IMG/VR virus record: IMGVR_UViG_3300038530_001416
Location: 1-40,295 of that record
DNA from: a virus
Lineage: Duplodnaviria; Caudoviricetes
Strand: one strand, 5' to 3'
DNA length: 40,295 nt
The notes below the pieces were generated by a model, which saw only the letters and a list, made by a program, of their open reading frames with translations, was not told where the DNA came from and searched no databases. A program made the translations under genes and the position numbers. Below, piece by piece: positions 28,598 to 35,137 of this stretch. Position 1 is the stretch's first letter. Each line of letters starts with the position of its first letter.

Positions 28598-28791
28598 TGT
28601 GTGAAACCCCCATCTACGAATATCTCCTTGACTGACTCAAGACATGCCTCAAGTTGTGCAACGACATCTGCTAAGTTGTCATCACGAACTTTGAGGGACT
28701 TGAGAATCAAAACATGGTGTGAACCTTGTTTTGCGTGTCCGACTTCTACTTCATACTGGTATTGCTTGTTTAGTATCGCTTCCGATTCCAT
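28594..28791 (-). CDS. Hypothetical protein (cassette B)
   Basis: Starts at the fixed distance from promoter B. Confidence 0.75.
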   Translation of the reverse strand: MESEAILNKQYQYEVEVGHAKQGSHHVLILKSLKVRDDNLADVVAQLEACLESVKEIFVDGGFTQ

Positions 28792-28820
28792 GTCCTAACC
28801 TTCATTTCACATATATGAGG
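28792..28820 (-). promoter_or_regulatory. Leaderless promoter B
   Basis: CCTCATATATGTGAAATG + 11 nt + ATG. Confidence 0.75.
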
Positions 28821-28880
28821 TTCAGTAGCAAAGCACCTTACCATATGGTAGTAGCGACTTTGTCAGTGGCGACCCCGAAA

Positions 28881-28896
28881 TGACCCCGAAGGGTCA
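28881..28896 (-). terminator. Perfect cUUCGg hairpin ending cassette C
   Basis: Minus strand UGACCC-UUCG-GGGUCA. Confidence 0.65.
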
Positions 28897-28929
28897 AATC
28901 AGGTGTCTGAGGAGGTCAGGAGGTCAGAC

Positions 28930-29439
28930 TTATTCAGACCTCGCAATTTTCACACTGGCGATGTAATTCGACAATGTGTTTTCGTAAAATCCAGCACTTA
29001 GAGCGTGTAGGTTGTCGTTCCAACCAGTGTCCTTGACTGCTGAACCGTCATCGTTGTTTCTTCCGTTGTACTTGGTGAAGAGTGCGTGTGCATCAGGGGC
29101 CATAACCATAGTTAGAGTACCATCCTCATCAACTGAGACCTGAATTGGGTTTGCCTTCGCTTCATCATCAGTCAGAGTGAAGGATTCTCTCTTTCCTTGG
29201 TTAGATACAAACGGGGTTGGTACTCCGTGTATCCTCATCATGCTTGCCATCTTCGCCTTGATGTTCTTCGTTATCGAGTTTTGTCGGGATTTCAATCGGT
29301 CTCCTTCGCTCAGGTAATCCTGAAACTCCAAAACCGAAAACTCTCCGATTACCTCGGCGTTCTTCTCACAGTATTCTACTACTGTGGCCTTATCTTCTTT
29401 CCATGTCATGCTTCCATTACTTTTTGCCATTTTTTTCAC
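28930..29439 (-). CDS. Hypothetical protein (cassette C)
   Basis: 169-aa ORF; likely ATG at 29430. Confidence 0.8.
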   Translation of the reverse strand: MKKMAKSNGSMTWKEDKATVVEYCEKNAEVIGEFSVLEFQDYLSEGDRLKSRQNSITKNIKAKMASMMRIHGVPTPFVSNQGKRESFTLTDDEAKANPIQVSVDEDGTLTMVMAPDAHALFTKYNGRNNDDGSAVKDTGWNDNLHALSAGFYENTLSNYIASVKIARSE

Positions 29440-29469
29440 TTCCTGTTAGTCTGTTTGACCTCCTCAGAC

Positions 29470-29500
29470 GCTCTTACTCGCATTTCACCTATATAGGGGG
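29470..29500 (-). promoter_or_regulatory. Promoter C (leadered transcript)
   Basis: CCCTATATAGGTGAAATG + 11 nt + GTCTGAGG. Confidence 0.7.
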
Positions 29501-29527
29501 TTTGCTGACAAAGTCGCTTACCATATG

Positions 29528-29643
29528 GTAGGAGAGTGACGACAAGTTACACGCATAAAAAGAGTAATCTCAATTACTCATCATCGTCAAAGAACACTTG
29601 CGTCACCTCCTAACCCCGACAGGTTGCACCAATTTTATTGACA
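29528..29643 (+). ncRNA. Structured non-coding element, copy 2
   Basis: Stems taggag/ctccta, gtgacg/cgtcac and caagt/acttg; inner hairpin gagtaat-ctca-attactc; then aaccccgacaggtt. Confidence 0.65.
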
Positions 29644-29676
29644 ACCATATGGTATGGTAATGCTTTGCTATTAGCA

Positions 29677-29690
29677 CACCCCGAAGGGTG
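29677..29690 (-). terminator. Perfect cUUCGg hairpin ending cassette D
   Basis: Minus strand CACCC-UUCG-GGGUG, 4 nt after the stop codon. Confidence 0.65.
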
Positions 29691-29694
29691 GCAT

Positions 29695-29898
29695 TTAGTC
29701 CCAAAGCATGTCTATGAACTTCAACTCATAGGAACGATAGCCTTCTTTGTTGCAATTGTTACATACGATTCTGAAATCAACGTAGTCTTCATTGAAGTCC
29801 TCAATCTTTACAATTGACCATTCCTCGCAATCACATTCAGGCTCATACTCTAACTCCGGTTGAGGTAGGGCTACCATGTGATTCTCTATATCTCTCAT
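29695..29898 (-). CDS. Small zinc-binding protein (cassette D)
   Basis: CDC...CNNC. Confidence 0.7.
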   Translation of the reverse strand: MRDIENHMVALPQPELEYEPECDCEEWSIVKIEDFNEDYVDFRIVCNNCNKEGYRSYELKFIDMLWD

Positions 29899-30122
29899 TG
29901 CATAGCCCTCCTCAATCTCTCAGGTAGAACAACATCATTCTGACACTTATCACAACATCTGCCAACTACAACTGGTTCTGCATTATGACCATTCGCCCAG
30001 TAGGGAGTTCCATCTTCCTTGTAGTGAATGTCAATGGGTTCACCACAAATATCACATGTCTGAGTCTCAATCTTCAAGGTTCTCACCATTCCATCCACAT
30101 TCTTCACACCATGCATCTGCAA
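29895..30122 (-). CDS. Zinc-finger protein (cassette D); true start probably further downstream
   Basis: CDICG...GHNAEPV..GRCCDKC...V.P.R motif of small phage zinc proteins. Confidence 0.7.
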   Translation of the reverse strand: MQMHGVKNVDGMVRTLKIETQTCDICGEPIDIHYKEDGTPYWANGHNAEPVVVGRCCDKCQNDVVLPERLRRAMQ

Positions 30123-30192
30123 GCACTCCTATGTATGCACCTGTGATTGTCAGTCTCTTTTCACATCCTTCACAATTCATTTCGTATTCCAT
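30067..30192 (-). CDS. 41-aa zinc-ribbon peptide (not in the ORF track)
   Basis: MEYEMNCEGCEKRLTITGAYIGVLADAWCEECGWNGENLED; GAGGAGG RBS. Confidence 0.65.
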   Translation of the reverse strand: MEYEMNCEGCEKRLTITGAYIGVLADAWCEECGWNGENLED

Positions 30193-30326
30193 TATTCTTC
30201 CTCCTCTTTTCTCAGTTCAGGGTGGTAGGAATATGCGTAAGCCCTCAGCAATTCAAGGTCAGCATGAGGACTCACGATGGCCTTACAAAGAACGAATAAC
30301 TCATTCTCATGATTGCGCTTAGTCAT
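30192..30326 (-). CDS. 44-aa hypothetical peptide (not in the ORF track)
   Basis: MTKRNHENELFVLCK...KEEEE; abuts both neighbours. Confidence 0.6.
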   Translation of the reverse strand: MTKRNHENELFVLCKAIVSPHADLELLRAYAYSYHPELRKEEEE

Positions 30327-30455
30327 TCACTCTTCCTCCATTTCTGATAACCATTCATCAACATCCTGTGCAATGTGATTAGGTATATCCACCATTATGT
30401 ATTCCTTATCGTTTTCATCCCACACTGTCAATCTCCACGCTATTACTTTCTTCAT
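30327..30455 (-). CDS. 42-aa hypothetical peptide (not in the ORF track)
   Basis: MKKVIAWRLTVWDENDKEY...MEEE; TAATG coupling. Confidence 0.6.
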   Translation of the reverse strand: MKKVIAWRLTVWDENDKEYIMVDIPNHIAQDVDEWLSEMEEE

Positions 30456-30616
30456 TATTCTTCCTCCTCTATTGACATATACAAATCCCAAAATTGCATC
30501 CAACCGATACCCATCATTTCTTCTAAGCGTTCATCAGGAGTATTCATCCATTCGCTCAAATTTCTTATTACCTGCTTCATTATTGAAATTGCTACTTCTT
30601 CACTATATTTACTCAT
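30455..30616 (-). CDS. 53-aa hypothetical peptide (not in the ORF track)
   Basis: MSKYSEEVAISIMKQV...IEEEE; ATGA overlap; GAGGTGA RBS. Confidence 0.6.
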   Translation of the reverse strand: MSKYSEEVAISIMKQVIRNLSEWMNTPDERLEEMMGIGWMQFWDLYMSIEEEE

Positions 30617-31011
30617 TCTTCTTCACCTCTTTTTTGCATCTTTCTCTCAAACGCATTGAACTCCATCTCCTGAAGTCTGACTAACCAGTTCTTGTATTCC
30701 GTGTTAAACTTCCTCTTGTCGTATGTCGTAACGTTACATGACCAATCAGCATCTCTCAATCTCTCGCAGAACTCAAGAGTCATGGTGCGGTAGAACATTC
30801 CCATATCGTATATTGGGTTGGCGAAGTTGCAGAGTAGCATTCTACGCCTGAACTCTTCAGGAGTGATTTTCACTCCCCCATATCTAACACTCATACTTCC
30901 AACTCCTGCATTCTGTGCTAACAGACCAAATCCTAATCCATTAACCAAGTTAATCTCAGTTTCATGGAAGCCTTTCTCTATTCCGTTTACTATTCCTACT
31001 ATTAGTGGCAT
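30613..31011 (-). CDS. Hypothetical protein, first gene of cassette D
   Basis: Starts at the fixed distance from promoter D. Confidence 0.8.
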   Translation of the reverse strand: MPLIVGIVNGIEKGFHETEINLVNGLGFGLLAQNAGVGSMSVRYGGVKITPEEFRRRMLLCNFANPIYDMGMFYRTMTLEFCERLRDADWSCNVTTYDKRKFNTEYKNWLVRLQEMEFNAFERKMQKRGEEE

Positions 31012-31040
31012 ACCCCTATTTCCATTTCACCCCTATGAGG
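31012..31040 (-). promoter_or_regulatory. Leaderless promoter D
   Basis: CCTCATAGGGGTGAAATG + 11 nt + ATG. Confidence 0.7.
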
Positions 31041-31117
31041 TTGGATAGCAAAGCATCCTACCATATGGTAAAAGGTTTGGAACGGAAGTTTCCTGAGCCG
31101 ACACTAGGGGTGGTCAG

Positions 31118-31148
31118 CCCCTTATATATGTGAAACGGAATAAGGGGT
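31118..31148 (+). promoter_or_regulatory. Divergent copy of the same promoter with no ORF behind it
   Basis: CCTTATATATGTGAAACG-GAATAAGGGGT-ATT. Confidence 0.65.
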
Positions 31149-31239
31149 ATTCCGAGAATCAGTTGCGTATTCAGGGTTTGAGTCCTTTTTGCACAACTGT
31201 TTCCTAGACTACTTTTAACAAAACGGTTTGATTTGGTAG

Positions 31240-31620
31240 TAATTTGTATCTACCTCAATATGATATCGTTTTGATTATGACAAAAGGTGTCTCCTATATG
31301 TATGACATATATCATATATGTATATACATATGACATGTGATATTTTTCATATGTAATATCATAGTTGTTCACCTTTTTCGGATTGTTTTGGTATTTTTCA
31401 CTATTTTTCAGTCAGGGTGAAAAATCAAAAAGTGGTCTAAAGGGTGTAGAATCATTGATTTTAATGAATATTTTAATATTTCATATATTTCACTATCTTA
31501 TACTACTACTATATGTCATCATACCTACTACTACCCCTTCTCTCAGAGAGGGGTGAAAAATATGAAAAATTGAAAAATAAAACAAAAACGCTTCACTGCG
31601 CTAATATTCAATTTTACATG
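31240..31620. other. AT-rich region at the strand switch; candidate replication origin or genome end
   Basis: Very low GC; CATAT/ATATG-rich palindromic stretch at 31295-31345; repeated GGTGAAAAAT / TTTTTCAC. Confidence 0.45.
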
Positions 31621-31634
31621 ATGGTGAAATATTA

Positions 31635-32033
31635 GTGGAAAACAAAAACATGATGAAGTTAAGACAAATCGGAGAGAATAGTATGACAGACGGATTTAGT
31701 AAAGCCAACACTAACAAAACAAGAACGACAGAAGTAATGAAGAAGCACAATGAAGCGATTCAAACTAGTATGGTTCAGCATCAGAAACTGATTGCAGAAT
31801 TATTTGATGAGATGAAGTCATTGGTTCTTCAGAAGAACAACCAGTATGGTGATTCGGTCTTAGACCCGAAGAGATATTTCTCTACTGCACCAACTGACGA
31901 ACAAATCAAAGTCAGAATCGATGACAAGTTGAACAGGCTTGTTCTCGGTAATGACTCACTAGAATCAGATGATGATATAATCAAGGACTTGATTGGTTAT
32001 CTGACTCTATTACTCGTTTACAGAAGAAAGTAA
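31635..32033 (+). CDS. DUF1599 / nucleotide-modification-associated domain 1-like protein
   Basis: KNNQYGDS...IKVRIDDKLNRL...DDIIKDLIGY. Confidence 0.75.
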   Translation: MENKNMMKLRQIGENSMTDGFSKANTNKTRTTEVMKKHNEAIQTSMVQHQKLIAELFDEMKSLVLQKNNQYGDSVLDPKRYFSTAPTDEQIKVRIDDKLNRLVLGNDSLESDDDIIKDLIGYLTLLLVYRRK

Positions 32034-32039
32034 ACGTAT

Positions 32040-32830
32040 CACACTCACATATGACTTAGGGAGTCTTTACCGCTCAGGAGTAGGCAGAATTTAGTTTCCC
32101 CTCCTTTGAACGGTCATGGTTTAGCGGCCATGACGGTGAGAGTTTGTAAAGTCAAGTCGTGGGACAGAGGGTTTAGTAATAATAAGGATTGAAGATATAG
32201 GAGCAGACTGGCTATGGTTCACTGCACTCATGACTCAGGCAATGCGGGATTACGCATTTAAGTCCTACATGGGAAGTGGTGTGTAAAATCCATAACAAAC
32301 TTGTTCGCACTTACAAGGAACGTGAGTAGCGGCTTCCCGGTATAAAATATGAAGCAGGATAACAAGGGTCGTAAGTAACATCGAGGCAACTTTCCCGGTT
32401 GCAGTTCCCTACTCCGAATGATGGGCATAGCACCTATCCTTTCCCTCATCAACTCAACAGCAGGTTTACTGTGGTAAAAATGCAGAATCAATAACAGTAG
32501 TGTTAACGTTGTATGCCAACAACTCACTTCAACATTGCATTCTCCTGCTATCCTACTCGCAAGAGCAAGGTGTTCGATTGCGTAAGTCCTGACGAGGCAA
32601 TATGAACTTAAAGAAGACGAAACCAGTTGCGGTGCGAAGTCTTCGCCTTGCTATCCAACTCACTTGTAGTAATGACTACAAACCTACCCCGACAGGGTTT
32701 GAGTAGAGTTTTGTCGTGAAATAAAAAAGGTCGTGCGTAGCATATTGTTTGGATAACAAACCATACTGGGTTTTAGTTTGTGTTCTCCTAGCGACAGAGA
32801 CTGTGGTGGTCTCGACCTTTCTCTACTATT
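32040..32830 (+). ncRNA. Large hairpin-dense non-coding region, candidate structured RNA(s)
   Basis: No credible ORF across ~830 nt; more than ten stems, several with + strand G-U pairs. Confidence 0.55.
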
Positions 32831-32870
32831 ACATTCCTAATAATGAAAATAAGAATAAGGAGAAATAAAA

Positions 32871-33299
32871 ATGAAAATGACAAGAAGATGTGAATATATA
32901 TTGGAAGACGGACATAAGTGCAATGCGGTTTATACTAGTCGTAATAGCCAGCAGAAGTATTGTGACAACCACATAGGTAACACTCAGAGGAACAGTCACC
33001 TAGAGGGTCACACTCCACTGGTGAAAAGCACGAACAGGTATGCTCAAGGTGGCAATAATGACAGTATGCGACAATGGGTAATGCATAAGATGAACATGGA
33101 AAATATCGAGAAGAAGAGGATTGCAGACTTGGAAGCAAAGGTCGCTAGACTTGAGAAGATAATAGATAACATCTCTTCTAACAAGAAGGTATTGATAGGT
33201 GTCTTGAAGGAAGAAATGAGAACTGATTTCTTCAAGCAGAGAGTCGATGCTATCGTGGTTAAGAGATTACAGAAGAGTTTCAGAGGTGAGGAAGAATGA
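32871..33299 (+). CDS. Zinc-finger plus coiled-coil protein
   Basis: C..C...YC..H motif; AAGGAG RBS. Confidence 0.75.
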   Translation: MKMTRRCEYILEDGHKCNAVYTSRNSQQKYCDNHIGNTQRNSHLEGHTPLVKSTNRYAQGGNNDSMRQWVMHKMNMENIEKKRIADLEAKVARLEKIIDNISSNKKVLIGVLKEEMRTDFFKQRVDAIVVKRLQKSFRGEEE

Positions 33300-33484
33300 A
33301 TAAGGAGGCATTGTACTCTGTGATAGCGGAGAGAGTAGAAGAGTTAGAACAAAAGGCATGGCAGATATACATGGAAAATACAGAATTTGACTTTGTGCTT
33401 GATATGCTTGACGAGGATGAAAGAAAAGAGTATGAGGCATTGAATGTCATATTGATTATTGGTGAAAGAGGTGAGGAAGAATGA
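33296..33484 (+). CDS. Hypothetical protein
   Basis: GAGGTGA RBS; ATGA coupling. Confidence 0.7.
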   Translation: MNKEALYSVIAERVEELEQKAWQIYMENTEFDFVLDMLDEDERKEYEALNVILIIGERGEEE

Positions 33485-34074
33485 ATATTTTCGCATTAGA
33501 TATGAGTCCCAAGACATCAGCACAGATGATGTTGGACCAGCATGTTGTGAAGATGCCAACTGAGAGTATGCAGATGATGTCAACTATCGCTACTCATCTT
33601 GGTATCGAGGATGCACCTTACAAGCCTGTGATGTTGAATCATCCTTGCACTATTTGGGCGAGGCAGACTTCACAGAACTATCAGTGGTTGAGAAAGCACT
33701 GCTACTTCTTGTGCAAGGAATATACTGCTAGGTATGGTCGCAAACACAAGGTCGAAGAGACACTTGAGGAGTATGCGAATGTCTTCAACCAAGTTGAGGA
33801 TGTTTTACCTGCAACTGGTCTTACCCCCTTTGGTATCGCTATGGCAGACAAGTATCGCATCGCAAGAGAATCAAATGAGGATGGATTCGATTTCGCAATT
33901 CGTTCTTACAGACATTACTACTTGCAAGGCAAGTGGCAGATTTCATCTTGGAAGACAAAAGAGCCTGATTGGTGGCCGGAAGACCATTATCTCAGGATGT
34001 CTTTTGAGGTTGAACAAGACAACAAAATGTTCCAAGATAGATTGGATAAAGTATTGCAGGAGATGAGAATATGA
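33481..34074 (+). CDS. Pyrimidine-dimer DNA glycosylase (DenV/Pyr_excise-like family)
   Basis: MNIF.LD...A..M.D.HVVKM..E..QMMST...YKP...NHPCTIWAR...NY.WL...EYT.RYG..H. Confidence 0.8.
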   Translation: MNIFALDMSPKTSAQMMLDQHVVKMPTESMQMMSTIATHLGIEDAPYKPVMLNHPCTIWARQTSQNYQWLRKHCYFLCKEYTARYGRKHKVEETLEEYANVFNQVEDVLPATGLTPFGIAMADKYRIARESNEDGFDFAIRSYRHYYLQGKWQISSWKTKEPDWWPEDHYLRMSFEVEQDNKMFQDRLDKVLQEMRI

Positions 34075-34502
34075 AGTGCAGTGTATGTGACGGAACGGGA
34101 ACGGCAGTTCTATTTACCGCAGATGGTGAGAAAGAGCCGGAACAGTGCCTGTGTGTTTTGGAGGAGGATTATCTTTCCTTCTTAGAGAGACACGGTATTC
34201 CCGAAGAAGAAGGAGAAATAGAGATGAAAGGTTATGTCAGATTTCAGAATGGCATAGTCGCAGTTTCTCAGATTGAGGGTTTCTCTTGGAAGAGGTTGAA
34301 GCCCGGAGACCCACTATTAGATATGTGGGAAAGACAGAACTACACACAGGATGTGTATAGTGTGGTTGTATTCCTGAAAGGAAGTAACAAGTTTATGACA
34401 ACTACAACACAGAAGAACCTAGACCAAATGATTGCTAGGTTCAAAATTTGGAATGATGGAGATGAAAATAAATATGATGAAAAAGAAGAACTTCTACTCT
34501 AA
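34071..34502 (+). CDS. Hypothetical protein with N-terminal zinc motif
   Basis: CSVCDGTG...CLC. Confidence 0.7.
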   Translation: MKCSVCDGTGTAVLFTADGEKEPEQCLCVLEEDYLSFLERHGIPEEEGEIEMKGYVRFQNGIVAVSQIEGFSWKRLKPGDPLLDMWERQNYTQDVYSVVVFLKGSNKFMTTTTQKNLDQMIARFKIWNDGDENKYDEKEELLL

Positions 34503-34743
34503 TGTAGATTGGAATCAATGGCATGAATATGCTTTAGTTAATTTCCCAAGAGACCCTGAAGGTGAAGGTTGGGAAGAGTTACTGGATATGTGTGCCGAAT
34601 ATGATTTATGGCAGATAGAAAGAAACGAAGAGAAGTATAACAAGAAACATTTCAGGACTAGTTTGTTAATGAGACTGGTCAAGTTTTTGCTATCATGGAT
34701 TCCTAAAGATGAATTTGATGGAGCGTATAAGAAATGGAAATAA
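34432..34743 (+). CDS. Hypothetical protein (true start probably near 34462-34476)
   Basis: ORF track; operon context. Confidence 0.6.
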   Translation: MLGSKFGMMEMKINMMKKKNFYSNVDWNQWHEYALVNFPRDPEGEGWEELLDMCAEYDLWQIERNEEKYNKKHFRTSLLMRLVKFLLSWIPKDEFDGAYKKWK

Positions 34744-34764
34744 GAATGAATGGAGGTATAAATT

Positions 34765-35025
34765 ATGAAACAAGAAACAACAGTTGAGTTTCGACTTGTG
34801 GATGATGGACAACTACCACCGATTATGATAACGATGGGAGACGAAGATGGAGTGAAGGTTGTATTGAACAACCAGCACAAGATTTGGATGTCTCTACATC
34901 GTAAGACAATCGGTGGATGTGCAGAGGCTTTGTTTGAGAAAATAAATGAACTTCTGTATGGTCATCTCTTGGAGATAAGAAGAGATGAATTGTTCGACAT
35001 GGAAGCGAGTGAGGAACATGAGTAA
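34765..35025 (+). CDS. Hypothetical protein
   Basis: GGAGGT RBS. Confidence 0.75.
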   Translation: MKQETTVEFRLVDDGQLPPIMITMGDEDGVKVVLNNQHKIWMSLHRKTIGGCAEALFEKINELLYGHLLEIRRDELFDMEASEEHE

Positions 35026-35137
35026 AGAAGTTGGCCGATGTGCTAACTGTAACAAGATGGGAGTCTTGTGGAAGTCTTACACTGGTAAGGGAATCTTCTG
35101 CAAGGCTTGTAGTAAGAAAACGTATGTAGGTGAATAA
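35018..35137 (+). CDS. 39-aa zinc-finger peptide (not in the ORF track)
   Basis: MSKEVGRCANCNKMGVLWKSYTGKGIFCKACSKKTYVGE. Confidence 0.6.
   Translation: MSKEVGRCANCNKMGVLWKSYTGKGIFCKACSKKTYVGE

Larger units (their letters stand above)
26996..31070. repeat. Array of eight CATATG-centred palindromes, consensus TACCATATGGTA
   Basis: Copies at 26996-27001, 27022-27030, 27142-27152, 27638-27649, 28839-28850, 29519-29530, 29644-29654 and 31059-31070. Confidence 0.92.

Noticed and set aside
27152-31058. IS/transposon assignment for the inverted-repeat-bounded units
   Set aside because: None of the enclosed ORFs shows DDE, HUH or recombinase motifs that I can recognise; kept as an unexplained cassette system rather than called a known mobile element
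26996-31070. CRISPR array interpretation of the repeated palindromes
   Set aside because: Spacing ranges from ~20 to ~1400 nt, the intervals contain whole genes, and the repeat core is only 10-12 bp
31365-31556. 63-aa hydrophobic ORF (and similarly 26690..26887)
   Set aside because: Arises from low-complexity AT-rich sequence, with atypical composition and no RBS
32258-32527. 89-aa minus-strand ORF in the long intergenic region
   Set aside because: Opposes the local gene direction, lacks an RBS and has atypical composition; the region is better explained by RNA structure
32589-32634. Hammerhead-like CTGACGAG...CGAAAC
   Set aside because: Stem II does not form, the would-be cleavage triplet is GUG, and the alternative stems gaagac/gtcttc and aggc/gcct explain the segment
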